Part shown: one piece after another, positions 26,890 through 40,020 of the stretch
Position numbering within the stretch: position 1 is the stretch's first letter
Layout: every line of letters starts with the position of its first letter
Assembly: GCA_963693365.1 (NCBI GenBank)
Contig: CAVNZM010000001.1
Span: 8,758,907-8,822,906, forward strand
Length of the DNA: 64,000 bases
Origin: Amoebidium appalachense
Taxonomy: Eukaryota; Protista; Ichthyosporea
Direction: 5' to 3'
Position numbers and translations under genes: made by a program
Notes under the pieces: model-generated
Database searches by the model: none
What the model was told of the DNA's origin: nothing
What the model saw: only the letters and a program-made list of their open reading frames with translations

Positions 26890-27481
26890 CTCTTTCACCA
26901 CACATGCTTTGCATTCATTATTCTCACACACTGACCCGTCCTTTTCCTTTTTTTTTTTTTTTTTTTCCCCTACAGCCGGTGTGGCGCACACAGCAGGTGG
27001 TGGTAGTGATAGTCTACGTCATACGCACTGCATGCATGAACTGCACATACCCCCTCATGCGCTCCATTCTGATGGACTACGTCACGAAGGTAAGACTAAT
27101 CTCCGAGTCACGTAGCTACACTGTCTCTTGATCCCTCTCCGCCTCTTTTTTGTCTCTCCATATCATCTCTCTAACGCGTACATTACCCCCACTCCCCGCC
27201 CCTCCTCCCCCTCTCCACCCGTAATCCCCCAAGCAACCCTGCTCGTCTCTGATCAAGACGGGTGACCTACTCATGTTCAAGTGAAACAGTATCTGAGTTG
27301 GGTTTCGTTAACGAGGGGAATAGGTCGAAACTCGGGTACTGTGGATGACGTGGGCCCCCCCTGAGGATGGGCTCTGCTTATTATGCATACTCTTTATGTA
27401 TGGCTTGCATTCTGCATCGTGTTATCCGTTTGTTCTTGTGTACTTCGTACTTTTTGACGCATTCAAACCCCCCCCTCCCCC

Positions 27482-27512
<31 letters not shown>

Positions 27513-27758
27513 AAAAAAGAAAAAAAAAAAGAAAAAAGGCCCCACGCACCACACACCCACACACTCTGTTTTCCCTTCTCCCCGAACGGTCACCAAGTAG
27601 TTTGTGCATATGTTGGTTTGTGTTCGTGTGTAGGCACTTAAGTGTGCCCCTGGTATGGGCAAGTTGACGAATGGATTAGCGGGTGTGTCTGCAAAGGTGT
27701 TGTTATTGTGTGTCCCCCCCCCCCCCCCCCCCTCCCCCCCCCCCTCCCTCCCCCCCCC

Positions 27759-27808
<50 letters not shown>

Positions 27809-28381
27809 GAAGGAAGGAAGACAGAAGGAAAGGAAGAAATAAAGAAAAGAAAAAAACTCGGGGGGCAAAAAATCGGGAAAGAGAGGAAAGAAAGCGGGAG
27901 GGAGGGGGGGGGGGGGGGGGGGGGGCGAGACACGCATTGGCCGGAGGGCCCACACACCTTCTCCCCCGCGCCTCATTTGGACGTCGGACCAATAACCACC
28001 CCTCGTTACCGGCCTACCATCATTATTAAACGCTGTTTTTCTCAAGTTTTCTCCCATAAATCTCATCTCCTCCTAACCTGTTGTTTTTCCCTTTTATAGG
28101 AAAATCGAGGCAAATGGAATTCTCTTGAAAGCATCAGCAGCTTTGGGTGGAGCGGCAGCGCCGCGCTCGGGGGCGTTTTGGTGGACCGGGTTGGTTTTGG
28201 ACACACATTCTATTTCACTGCTCTGGTTCAGTTTGTTGCTCTTGTACCCGTGTTCCTACTGCTCCCCGTTGTGCCGATCGAAAAGTCTTCTCAGAAATCC
28301 GATTTGGTAAGCGACGAGGCAAAGCCATTGGTTGGTGGAGTTGGGAAGGAGGAGCTTTACGGCACCACGGAGACGCTCTGA
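20445..28381 (+). CDS. Major facilitator superfamily transporter, substrate unknown
   Basis: Exons 20445-20597, 21422-21699, 23244-23445, 23677-23779, 25387-25616, 26976-27089, 28100-28381. Contains an MFS motif-A-like [26 protein letters not shown] and [10 protein letters not shown], plus many hydrophobic segments. Confidence 0.88.
27231..27475 (+). repeat. Diverged family A copy in MFS intron 6
   Basis: aagcaaccctgctcgtct.tgatcaagacggg ... ggtcgaaactc ... ctgaggatgggctctgctta ... gcattcaaacccc. Confidence 0.85.
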
Positions 28382-29028
28382 GCTGAACACTGTGAGAGAG
28401 TGGTGGTTCTCTGCATGACATTGTGGGTTTGTAGCTATAATTAAGTTATTTTATTTTTGTTATTTCACTTTCGTTTTACAATGTGTAGAGTCTGTCGAAT
28501 AATGATTTGTGATTTGATTATAGGACGTGGTGGGTTACTGATGATAATGAGACTGTGTGTAACTTATTAAGGTGTTTTACATTTTGGTTTTTTAAATTAA
28601 ATTTTATTTTAGTGAAGGAGGGGCCAGAATGCAGTCTTTGTGTCGCTTTATTCTTTCTAATATCCCTAATTGGGTGGGCGCAAATTCTCAAGTTCCCATG
28701 TACAATCCGGGCAAGGTGATTGATAGATTATCATGCGTGGGATGCGACACGTGCTATGCATAGCGATAGTGCAACTTGACTGGGTAAATACCCGGGGTAA
28801 ATCAGTGACTAGAAGAATACGCCTTAAGAATCCAATGTATAGAAATTAAATGAAATCTGGCCAGTATATCAAGGATGTCTCTGTGAGCATCATGGCCCAA
28901 ATAGATAGTGTTGAAAATTGAAAACTGAAAACTGAAAATTAAACTGATTTTTGTCCGCACTGGTGAATATTCTTCCCGCGGTGGCTGTATAAGTGCGTAA
29001 CTTCTTTCCAATCTCTTCCCTCCCCCCT

Positions 29029-29073
<45 letters not shown>

Positions 29074-29480
29074 AAAAGGGGGGGGGGGGGGGGGGGAATG
29101 AAAAAAAGCACGGCTTACACGTGTGCTCACACTCGCACACAACTCCTTCTCTCACCTAGCCGCTCGTTGCTTTCCCCCTGTTGGTGCCTGCGGAGAAACT
29201 TTCGGATATGCAGCTTTAGATATCTATAATGTAATATTTCTACTTTTTTATCGTTTTATAATGGTGGTTCTGGCGCGGTTGCGATGCTAAAACCTCCCTG
29301 ACAAGTACCCCCTCCACTCTTCCCCCCTCCTCCCCCTCCCCCTCCCCTCCCCCCTCCCCCCTCCAACCCCCCCCCCTCCCCCCCCCCCCCCCAAAAAAAA
29401 GAAAAAAAACAAAACAAAAAAGGCCCACTCACCCACCAACCCACCACCACCCAGTCACCCAGCCGTAGTACCACACACGC

Positions 29481-29511
<31 letters not shown>

Positions 29512-29749
29512 TTAACAAACACACGCACATACCCCCCACCCAAGCCCACACCCACCCACACACACAAACTTTATTAATCACCGTATACTTATGTGGCTGC
29601 GCAAATCGCCCCCTGGTGCTTCAAAGTTCAGTGAGAAGGGATTTTGAACCAACGAGCATGGGAATGAGCCCGAGTCCCGTGCATGCTCAGGCTCCGAGCT
29701 CCAGTTGAAGCGCATTTATTGTCAAGATCGTAACAACAACAACATTGTC

Positions 29750-29781
<32 letters not shown>

Positions 29782-30249
29782 CTTGCAACAACCCCAAACC
29801 ACCCCACCCCACCCCCCGGCCCACTTTCCCCGCCTCCTCACCTCCCCTTCACCCCCTCCTCCCCTCCTCTCCGCCCCCCCTACCCCCCTCCTCCCCTCCC
29901 CTCCTCCCCCCCCCCCCTCCTTCCGCCCCCCTCCCCTTCCCTCCCCCTCCTCCCCTCCCCCCCCCCCTCCCCCCTCCCCCTCCCCCTCCTCCCCCCCCCC
30001 CCCCCCCCCATAACCATGCTTATGTTTAAATAAGCATGGCCCGGCCCTCCCAACACGGGCACCAAAGCTATATAAAAAGGTCAAGAGTTTCAAATTGGGC
30101 ATATTGGCACCGTATGAAACATGGCAACTATCATTAATAATAACACCAATTATAGTAATACTGTCGTATCCTAATATATGTGTACTAGAGACGCGGCACT
30201 CTACTAAGTGTACACACACGAAAAGGAACGAACGTGTACAGAAAAACGG

Positions 30250-30680
30250 TAAAGTTTATTAAGACCAGGCTCCGACGGGCAAACTTAGATCCGTACGGAT
30301 TGAGTCTAAGTTACGACTGAGGCCATCAAGGCCGTGCCCTACAAGATCATCATCACCTGGCCCCCTACGATGCCACATTCCATTAACATTCCGATCTACT
30401 TTTATTGTGCGCCTGCACGAGCTAAGTCGATCTACTCAACTAATATATTTATCCAAGTCTCACCCCTCACCCTCCCCCTAGTGGCACCGCAGAGTCTAAA
30501 TCTACATTTCATACTATCCTCCCCCCCCCCTCCCTCCCCCCCTTTCCTCTACATCTACATATATAAATACGTTTGGCAACATATACTATCAAACCTTGCC
30601 AATCCTTACAAAAGGGCTTCTGCCCGAACAATGACATTCCTAAGTCCTCCTACGATCTATCCTACACACTAATTAGAATT
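30250..30680 (-). mobile_element. Probable 5'-truncated L1/Tx1-like LINE 3' end
   Basis: The minus strand encodes ...SLFGQKPFCKDWQGLIVYVAKRIYICRCRGK, resembling the C-terminal K..IY.CR segment of L1/Tx1 ORF2. It is followed by a hairpin-rich 3' region and AATAAA at ~30255. Confidence 0.4.
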
Positions 30681-30805
30681 CTATTGGACGGCTGTCCCGG
30701 CTGACGTGGTCCAATGCCCTGCGCCGGCAGAGGCAAGATGATGCACGCAGCTGCACAGCTATCTTGAGGCCCCGGACTTGATCTTGATGATCTGTGACCC
30801 GGGCC

Positions 30806-30839
<34 letters not shown>

Positions 30840-31045
30840 ATCTCGATCGTAGACTTAGGCTAATCTGCTGAGACGGATTAGTATATGTCAAATACTACTA
30901 CTAGGCTACTATTAATAATAATACTTATTAACATTTCCCACTCACTGTGCTTGGCCGAAAGTGATTTTTTTGGGGTGTCTTCCACTTGCACATATATATT
31001 TGCATAAAGCCAACTATAACTATTCACTTAAGTTGAATTCGAATT

Positions 31046-33285
31046 GCAATCTCCGCACGAGTTCAAAGCTTTCGCGTTTTTTGCTTTTTTTGACCGTGTG
31101 TTTTTGCTGCCCTGTGCTGGTATTCCGTGCGCGCACACACTGCGTCCCTGCGGCCCCAGCGCCTCGGCAGCGTGGTGTGTGTGTGTGTGTGCTGGCCCTT
31201 TTTGGCAATCTCCACTCGAGCTCAAAGCTTTCACGTTTTTTGCTCTTTTTTGACCGTGTGTTTTTGCTGCCATGTGCTGGTAATCCATGCGCTCACACAC
31301 TGCGTCCCTGCGGCCTCAGCGCCTCGGCAGCATGGTGTGTGTGTGTGTGTGTGTGCCGGCCCTTTTTGGCAATCTCCGCATGAGTTCAAAGCTTTCGCGT
31401 TTTTTGCTTTTTTTGACCGAAAAAAGGGCCGGCACACACACACACACCACGCTACCGAGGCGCTGAGGCCGCAGGGACGCAGTGTGTGCGCGCACGGAAT
31501 ACCAGCACACGGCAGCAAAAACACACGGTCAAAAAAAGCAAACAACGCGAAAGCTTTGAACTCGTGCGGAGATTGCCAAAAAGGGCCGGCACACACACAC
31601 CACCACGCTGCCGAGGCGCTGAGGCCGCAGGGACGCGGTGTGTGCGCGCACGGAATACCAGCACACGGCAGCAAAAACACACGGTCAAAAAAAGCAAAAA
31701 ACGCGAAAGCTTTGAACTCGTGCGGAGATTGCCAAAAAGGGCCGGCACACACACACACACACACCACGCTGCCGAGGCGCGCAGGGACGCAGTGTGTGCG
31801 CGCACGGAATACCAGCACACAGCAGCAAAAACACACGGTCAAAAAAAGCAAAAAACGCAAAAGCTTTGAACTCGTGCGGAGATTGCCAAAAAGGGCCGGC
31901 ACACACACACACACCACCACGCTGCTGAGGCGCTGAGGCCGCAGGGACGCAGTGTGTGCGCGCACGGAATACCAGCACACAGCAGCAAAAACACACGGTC
32001 AAAAAAAGCAAAAAACGCGAAAGCTTTGAACTCGTGCGGAGATTGCCAAAAAGGGCCGGCACACACACACACACACACCACGCTGCCGAGGCGCTGAGGC
32101 CGCAGGGACATGGTGTGTGCACGCACGGAATACCAGCACACGGCAGCAAAAACACACGGTCAAAAAAAGCAAAAAACGCGAAAGCTTTGAACTCGTGCTG
32201 AGATTGCCAAAAAGGGCTGGCACACAACACACACACAACGCTGCCGAGGCGCTGAGGCCGCAGGGACATGGTGTGTGTGCGCACGGAATACCAGCACACG
32301 GCAGCAAAAACACACGGTCAAAAAAAGCAAAAAACGCAAAAGCTTTGAACTCGTGCGGAGATTGCCAAAAAGGGCCGGCACACACACACACACCACCACG
32401 CTGCTGAGGCGCTGAGGCCGCAGGTGTTGACGCAGTGTGTGCACGCACGGAATACCAGCACACGGCAGCAAAAACACATGGTCAAAAAAAGCAAAAAACG
32501 CGAAAGCTTTGAACTCGTGCTGAGATTGCCAAAAAGGGCTGGCACACAACACACACACAACGCTGCCGAGGCGCTGAGGCCGCAGGGACATGGTGTGTGT
32601 GCACACGGAATACCAGCACACGGCAGCAAAAACACATGGTCAAAAAAAGCAAAAAACGCAAAAGCTTTGAACTCGTGCGGAGATTGCCAAAAAGGGCCGG
32701 CACACACACACACACACACTACGCTGCCGAGGCGCTGAGGCCGCAGGGACGCAGTGTGTGCGCGCACGGAATACCAGCACACAGCAGCAAAAACACACGG
32801 TCAAAAAAAAGCAAAAAACGCGAAAGCTTTGAACTCATGCGGAGATTGCCAAAAAGGGCCGGCACACACACACACACACCACGCTGCCGAGGCGCTGAGG
32901 CCGCAGGGACGCAGTGTGTGCGCGCACGGAATACCAGCACACGGCAGCAAAAACACACGGTCAAAAAAAGCAAAAAACCCGAAAGCTTTGAACTCGTGCG
33001 GAGATTGCAAAAAAGGGCCGGCACACACACAAACACACACCACGCTGCCGAGGCGCTGAGGCCGCAGGGACGCAGTGTGTGCGTGCACGGAATACCAGCA
33101 CACGGCAGCAAAAACACACGGTCAAAAAAAGCAAAAAACGCAAAAGCTTTGAACTCGTGCGGAGATTGCCAAAAAGGGCCGGCACACACACACACACACA
33201 CACCACGCTGCCGAGGCGCTGAGGCCGCAGGGACGCAGTGTGTGCGCGCACGGAACACCAGCACACGGCAGCAAAAAAAGCACAC
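31046..33285. repeat. Satellite array 1: ~159-bp monomer, ~14 copies, orientation switch at ~31420
   Basis: aaaagggccggcac (or a one-base variant) recurs at ~31421, 31578, 31734, 31888, 32048, 32209, 32367, 32531, 32689, 32851, 33011, 33171. 31046-31419 holds ~2.3 reverse-complement copies. Confidence 0.95.
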
Positions 33286-33337
33286 ACACTCACCTTATTA
33301 GTTTGCAGAGGTTTTGGCATCCTGGTTTGAGCATGTA

Positions 33338-34502
33338 TGGTGCCGGACATCGTAGATCGACCCCTCCGGAAACTCCGATCATATGGATAGATCCAGCTCA
33401 ATAAAACATGTAAATGTGGGTGTGGTGGGGCGCAAATTGCATTTTTGGACAGGTCTCATCGAGTGCTTGGGGGCTACGCTTTGAGCGGCTGAAAAATCTT
33501 GAAAAATAAAAAGTTTTTCTAATAGTGAAAATTTTGACCCCGATGAGGGGTGCATATGACGTCATCGCTTTTTACCACATGCATATCTCGATTCCCTCAT
33601 AGTCGACCAAGCACTTTCTTTGCAGTTTTGGACTCGTCTCGACGAGACCTGTCGAGCCATACCACTGGCACTTGTCTGTGGCCTTTATTTCAGAAGCTCA
33701 TTTTCACAAATTTCACTGATACACCATCTGAGTTGGTGGGTAGGGGTTTTCGGGAGGGGGCTCGGCAGGGTGGGTTAGTTGCTAGCCAATGGTTACCCAT
33801 AGCCTGTAGTTGTTGCCTTGTGCTAGAAGTGCCGCTCTTGGTTCCCCGCTCGGGACCAGGGGCGGCGTTAGTTTGAGTGAAGCATAACCATGGGGCGTGT
33901 TAGCAATAGGACCAAACAATGCCGAACAGCGGCAAAGGCCCCCGTTAAGTTGAAGCGTTCTGCGGGAGAGCTTTCTGCAGAGCTCAGGCCTGGTAAACGT
34001 GTAGCCATGTGTGAGGGGGGCGAGGATGACAAGGGCAAGGAGGCTGACGATTCTGAGTTACCCGAGCATGTTGTAGACACCGACACACCCGATATGATAG
34101 ACCTGTTAGAGCCCCTCCCTAGCATACAATTCAGGCAAACTCGTGCCCAACAAGGGGAGGCACGGTTGTCCCAACACCTCTCCGGAGAGTCACGGAAAAA
34201 CAAAGCGAAAAAAAAAAAAAAAAAAATCCAGTGTCTCTGTTGCCGCTCATGAAACCCCCCCCCCCCCCCCCCCCCCCCCCTTCAATTTAGCTTGAAGTTC
34301 AGCACATATATACACACACACAGGGAGAAGGGGGAAGAAGGGAGGAGGGGGGGGAGGGGAGAGAGAGGGGAGGGAGGGAAAAAGGGGGGGGGGGGGAGGA
34401 GAGGGGGGTCAGACATTTATCCTCACTGTTGCATTCCTCCCACCCCCCCCCCCCCCCCTTTCTCCTCCCCCTTGCGTTCTGCACACAAGCGCATGCGCAC
34501 GT

Positions 34503-34539
<37 letters not shown>

Positions 34540-34787
34540 CGCACACACGCACGCACACACACACGACACATCATACACAGGGGGAAGGGGGAAGAAGGGG
34601 GGGGGGGGGGAGGGGGAGGGAGAGGGGGGAGGGGGAGAAAGGGGGGGGAGGGGGGGGGAGGGGAAGGAGGGGGGATCGAACATTGATCCTCACTGTTGCA
34701 CTCCTAAACCCCCCCCCTCCCCCCCCCCCCCCTTTTCCCCTTCCCTTGAGTTCTGCACACATGCGCACGAGCACGTGCACACAGACA

Positions 34788-34855
<68 letters not shown>

Positions 34856-35331
34856 CACACACACGTGTAATCTGGGTTGTCTGAAGTGAGACGGCGGGGT
34901 CTCGTTATGTCCTCATAGAGAACCATGGTTGCGTGCAGACAAGCCGTGTCCGAGTAACAGGCTCCGAGAACGTTGATTACCGACACGAACAGTTCTGAGA
35001 AGCTGCCAGCACTGCAACGCCCGATACATGGACGCCAAGAAACTGCACTTAATTAGCTAAAATTTTGCGCAACATTTGCGCAAACAACTAATTACGCGCT
35101 AATTACGCGCTAATTACGCGCTAACTATTACTAATAAAACACTAATTACTCATTAATTAAGGGTTTGAGGGGCCTATGACGTCATCGTTTTTTCATAATA
35201 GACATATCGCGAAAAAAAAGGTATGGGCGTGATCCTCTCGTCGAGAGGACCTCTAAACTGCTTTCGCCTTCACGGTATCGCGATCGGGGGGCCAGATATC
35301 TATAGGGTGCCATCTACGATGTCCGGCACCA
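33338..35331. mobile_element. ~2-kb non-autonomous DNA transposon with perfect TIRs and TA flanks (Tc1/mariner-like by TSD)
   Basis: TA|tggtgccggacatcgtagat ... atctacgatgtccggcacca|TA. Subterminal palindromes gtctcgacgagac and ctctcgtcgagag; tatgacgtcatcg near both ends. No transposase core seen. Confidence 0.85.
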
Positions 35332-35597
35332 TACGGTAGTTTGATGGCCAGAATGGATCTGGAAACGTGCACACGTGTGACAGTGTGCAAAATTGATGAT
35401 TTATGATCCAGATTTGAATCAAGTTTGTGATTGGATAGAAAAAAGTTAGTTTGTGATTGGATAGAATAAATTCATATTTTTATCCACTGTGCACAACTTG
35501 CCCATCGCGATGCACGGGTAATACAACTCAGCCCTAACCGCCCCTCCCCCCCCCCCCCCCCCTCCTCCCCCCCTCCTCCCCCCCCCCCCCCCCCCCC

Positions 35598-38128
35598 GGG
35601 CACCCAGTGGGGGCCAATCCTTGGGCTGTATGTCTGTCCCCTGTTGTTTTCTTCAAGGTATGGACCCCTGCTACATGCCTGCCATGTTTGTATGCCCGTG
35701 GCAGCATGCCAGGGGGTCTTTCGTGCCCAAAAAAGGCAAAAATGCGCAATCCCCCCCCCCACCAGGGACTCTCTGAGGGCCAATCCTTGGGCTGTGTGTC
35801 TGTCCCCGGGGTTGAACACCGAGGTATGGACCCCTGCTACATGTCTGCTACGTTTGTATGCCTGTGGCAGCATGCCAGGGGGTCTTTCATGACCAAAAAA
35901 GGCAAAAAAGCCCCCCCCCCCCCCCCCCCCCCCCCCCGCCGCGGGCACCCTGTGGGGGCCAATCCTGGGGCTGTGTGTCTGTCCCCCGTTGTTTTCTTCA
36001 AGGTATGGACCCCTGCTACATGTCTGCCACGTTTGTATGCCCGTGGCAGCATGCCAGGGGGTCTTTCATGCCCAAAAAAGGCAAAAAAGCGGAACCCCCC
36101 CCCCCCCACACTGGGCACCCCGTGGGGGCCAATCCTGGGGCTGTGTGTCTGTCCCCGGGTTGAACACCGAGGTATGGACCCCTGCTACATGTCTGCCACG
36201 TTTGAATGCCCTTGGCTAGATGCCAGGGGGTCTTTCCTGACCAAGAAAGGCAAAAAAAGGCGGAACCCCCCCCCCCCCCACACACACACCAGGCACCCTG
36301 TGGGGGCCAATCCTTGGGCTGTATGTCTGTCCCCAGGTTCAACACCGAGGTATGGACCCGTGCTACATGTCTGCCACGTTTGTATGCTGGTGGCAGCATG
36401 ACAGGGGGTCTTTCATGCCCAAAAAAGGCAAAAAAAAAAGCGGAACCCCCTCCCCCCCCCCCCCCCCACCGGGCACCCTGTGGGGGCCAATCCTTGGGCT
36501 GTATGTCTGTCCCCCAGGTTGAACACCGAGGTATGGACCCCTGCTACATGTCTGCCACGTTTGTATGCTGGTGGCAGCATGACAGGGGGTCTTTTGTGCC
36601 CAAAAAAGGCAAAAAAAAGCGGAACCCCCCCCCCCCCCCCCACCGGGCACCCTGTGGGGGCCAATCCTGGGGCTGTGTGTCTGTCCCACCGGGTTGAACA
36701 CCGAGGTATGGACCCCTGCTACATGTCTGCCACGTTTGTATGCCGGTGGCAGCATGACAGGGGGTCTTTCGTGCCCAAAAAAGGCCAAAAAAGGCAGAAC
36801 CCCCCCCCCCCCCACCAGGCACCCTGTGGGGGCCAATCCTTGGGCTGTATGTCTGTCCCCAGGTTCAACACCGAGGTATGGACCCCTGCTACATGTCTGC
36901 CACGTTTGTATGCCGGTGGCGGCATAACAGGGGGTCTTTCGTGCCCAAAAAAGGCAAAAAAAAAGCGGAACCCCCCCCCCCCCCCCCCGCCGCGGGCACC
37001 CTGTGGGGGCCAATCCTGGGGCTGTGTGTCTGTCCCCCGTTGTTTTCTTCAAGTTATGGACCCCTGCTACATGTATGCCATGTTTGTATGCCCGTGGCAG
37101 CATGCCAGGGGGTCTTTCATGCCCAAAAAAGGCAAAAAAGCGGAACCCCCCCCCCACACTGGGCACCCTGTGGGGGCCAATCCTGGGGCTGTGTGTCTGT
37201 CCCCGGGTTGAACACCGAGGTATGGACCCCTGCTACATGTCTGCCACGTTTGAATGCCCTTGGCTAGATGCCAGGGGGTCTTTCCTGCCCAAGAAAGGCA
37301 AAAAAAAGCGGAACCCCCCCCCACACACACACCAGGCACCCTGTGGGGGCCAATCCTTGGGCTGTATGTCTGTCCCCGGGTTCAACACCGAGGTATGGAC
37401 CCGTGCTACATGTCTGCCACGTTTGTATGCTGGTGGCAGCATGACAGGGGGTCTTTCATGCCCAAAAAAGGCAAAAAAAAGCGGAACCCCCCCCCCCCCC
37501 CCACCGGGCACCCCGTGGGGGCCAATCCTGGGGCTGTGTGTCTGTCCCCCAGGTTGAACACCGAGGTATGGACCCCTGCTACATGTCTACCACGTTTGTA
37601 TGCCGGTGGCAGCATGACAGGGGGTCTTTCGTGCCCAAAAAAGGCAAAAAAAAGCGGACCCCCCCCCCCCCCCAACCGGGCACCCTGTGGGGACCAATCC
37701 TTGGGCTGTATGTCTGTCCCCCAGGTTGAACACCGAGGTATGGACCCCTGATACATGTCTGCCACGTTTGTATGCTGGTGGCAGCATGACAGGGGGTCTT
37801 TTGTGCCCAAAAAAGGCAAAAAAGGCGGCCCCCCCCCCCCCCCCCACCGGGCACCCTGTGGGGGCCAATCCTGGGGCTGTGTGTCTGTCCCACCTGGTTG
37901 AACACCGAGGTATGGACCCCTGCTACATGTCTGCCACGTTTGTATGCCGGTGGCAGCATAACAGGGGGTCTTTCGTGCCCAAAAAAGGCAAAAAAAGCGG
38001 AACCCCCCCCCCCCCTCCCCCCGGGCACCCTGTGGGGGCCAATCCTGGGGCTGTGTGTCTGTCCCCCGGGTTGAACACCGAGGTATGGACCCCTGCTACA
38101 TGTCTGCCACGTTTATATGCCGGTGGCG
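35598..38128. repeat. Satellite array 2: ~175-bp monomer, ~14.6 copies, with a ~1050-bp higher-order repeat
   Basis: Monomer starts (gggcaccc.gtgggggccaatcct) at ~35598, 35765, 35943, 36113, 36291, 36471, 36645, 36817, 36994, 37161, 37334, 37506, 37678, 37849, 38023. Confidence 0.95.
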
Positions 38129-38595
38129 GGGCAACCTAATAAGTCACTGAAACATTGTCACTATACTTCAGAATATTCAGTTAGCAATACGACCCCCCCC
38201 CCCCCCCCCCCCTCCCCCCCCCCCCCCCTCCCCCACCCCCCTCACCCCCCCCCCCCCCCCCCCCCCAGGGGGTTTGGCCCACTATGCATAACTTGGTGGG
38301 CCCTTGTGGCGTTTGCTGGGCCGGGACGGGAGAACCAGCTCCGGGCACGGTTACCCCCCCCCCCCCCCCCCCCTCTCCCCCCCCCCCCCCCCCCGGACGG
38401 GAGAACCAGCTCCGGGCACGGTCACCCCCCCCCCCCCCCCCCCTCCCCCCCCCCCCCCCCCCCCAACACACACACACACACAATCCCCACCCCCCTCTCC
38501 CCCACTTCTCCATCCGCTCCACCCCGTCTTTTCCCGCAGCTCATTGTAGGAACCGTCCCCCTCCTCCCCTCCCTCCCTCCCACAGCCCACCCCCT

Positions 38596-38629
<34 letters not shown>

Positions 38630-39031
38630 CATCCCACCAGCCCCACCCCACCCCACCCACCCCCCCGGCTCCTCTAAATCTCCCCATAATCCCCCCCCCC
38701 CCCCCCCCTCCCCCCACCTCTTCGGCCTCAAGAACTACTCCACCCCCCCCCCCCCCCCCCCCCCCCACCCACCCACCCACCCACTCACCCACCCACCCAC
38801 CCACTCACCCACCCACCCACCCATCCACCCACCCATCCACCCACCCACCCGTGACCAAAGCCACCGTCTCCCGTCTCAGCATTCCCGCGGGTCCGCAGTT
38901 AGCGTTGACCTGAATGTGACTGGAACATCATAATTGACTAGTGCTCCTGTTGTGTGTGTGTGTGTGACTGCTCGCACACCGCTTTACAGTTACATGAATA
39001 TCCAGAGCTGTAGACTAAATGTGTGCCACAC

Positions 39032-39167
<136 letters not shown>

Positions 39168-39487
39168 ATCAGTGTTGAATTGTGGAAACGAAGGCCAAAG
39201 GTTGTGACAGTATGATACGCTACTGAAACTCTTATTTTATAGGGGAGAGAGAAACAGAGAGCCCCGAGCCTCCGAGGCAGAATGCAATCCGGCGGATGTG
39301 GCAAATTGGATTCGAATTTGAACATGTGTATGTGTGTATGTGTGTGTGTGTGTGGTGTGTGCCTGTGTTTCTGTTGTGTCTGTGTGAGTGTGTGTGCGTG
39401 TGTGCGTGCGTGCGTGCGTGTGTGTGTGTGTGTGTCTGCGTGTGTGTCTGTGTGTGCCTGTGTGTGTGTGTGCTTGTGTGTGTGTGC

Positions 39488-39562
<75 letters not shown>

Positions 39563-39739
39563 CGCGTGTGTGTGCAGGTTTGTGTAAATTGTGCACGACG
39601 TGTCCCTCTGCCTGGGTACTTACTAATGTGTGTGCGGCTCCCGTACGGCACTGCACACACGGAGCCGCGCGCGTGTGCGTGTGCACGTGTATTTTTCTGC
39701 TTTGCGCTAAATTATTATACTTTTTCAAAATTGTCCTGC

Positions 39740-40020
39740 ATAAACAGAAAAACAGAAGGATTCTGGTTGCGGTAGCAGAATCATTTGAAACGGTGCACAG
39801 AACAATCTAATTCTGCTTTTGATAGATAATTCTGCGTTTTTAAAGCTCTGAAAGTTTTAGCAGAGTAATTCTGCTTTCGCAGAGACAATTTGCTAAGAGC
39901 AGAATAAATAATCTGATTTCGCAGAATAACTCGGCTTCTGATTAGCAGAACAATTCTGCTTCATGCATAATGTTTTCTGCACTACAGTATGCAGAACAAT
40001 TCTGCTCGGAGCAGATTTCA
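39740..40020. repeat. Degenerate GCAGAA-n-ATTCTGC quasi-palindromic repeat block
   Basis: Many gcagaa(c/t)aattctgc variants; related to 51030-51545. Confidence 0.7.

Noticed and set aside
30860-30904. Hairpin followed by CTAG as a Helitron 3' end
   Set aside because: The hairpin is AT-rich and the spacing atypical; no matching 5' end was identified.
31046-38128. Tandem arrays as CRISPR arrays or repeat-protein genes
   Set aside because: No unique spacers, no cas genes, eukaryotic context, and reading frames shift from monomer to monomer.
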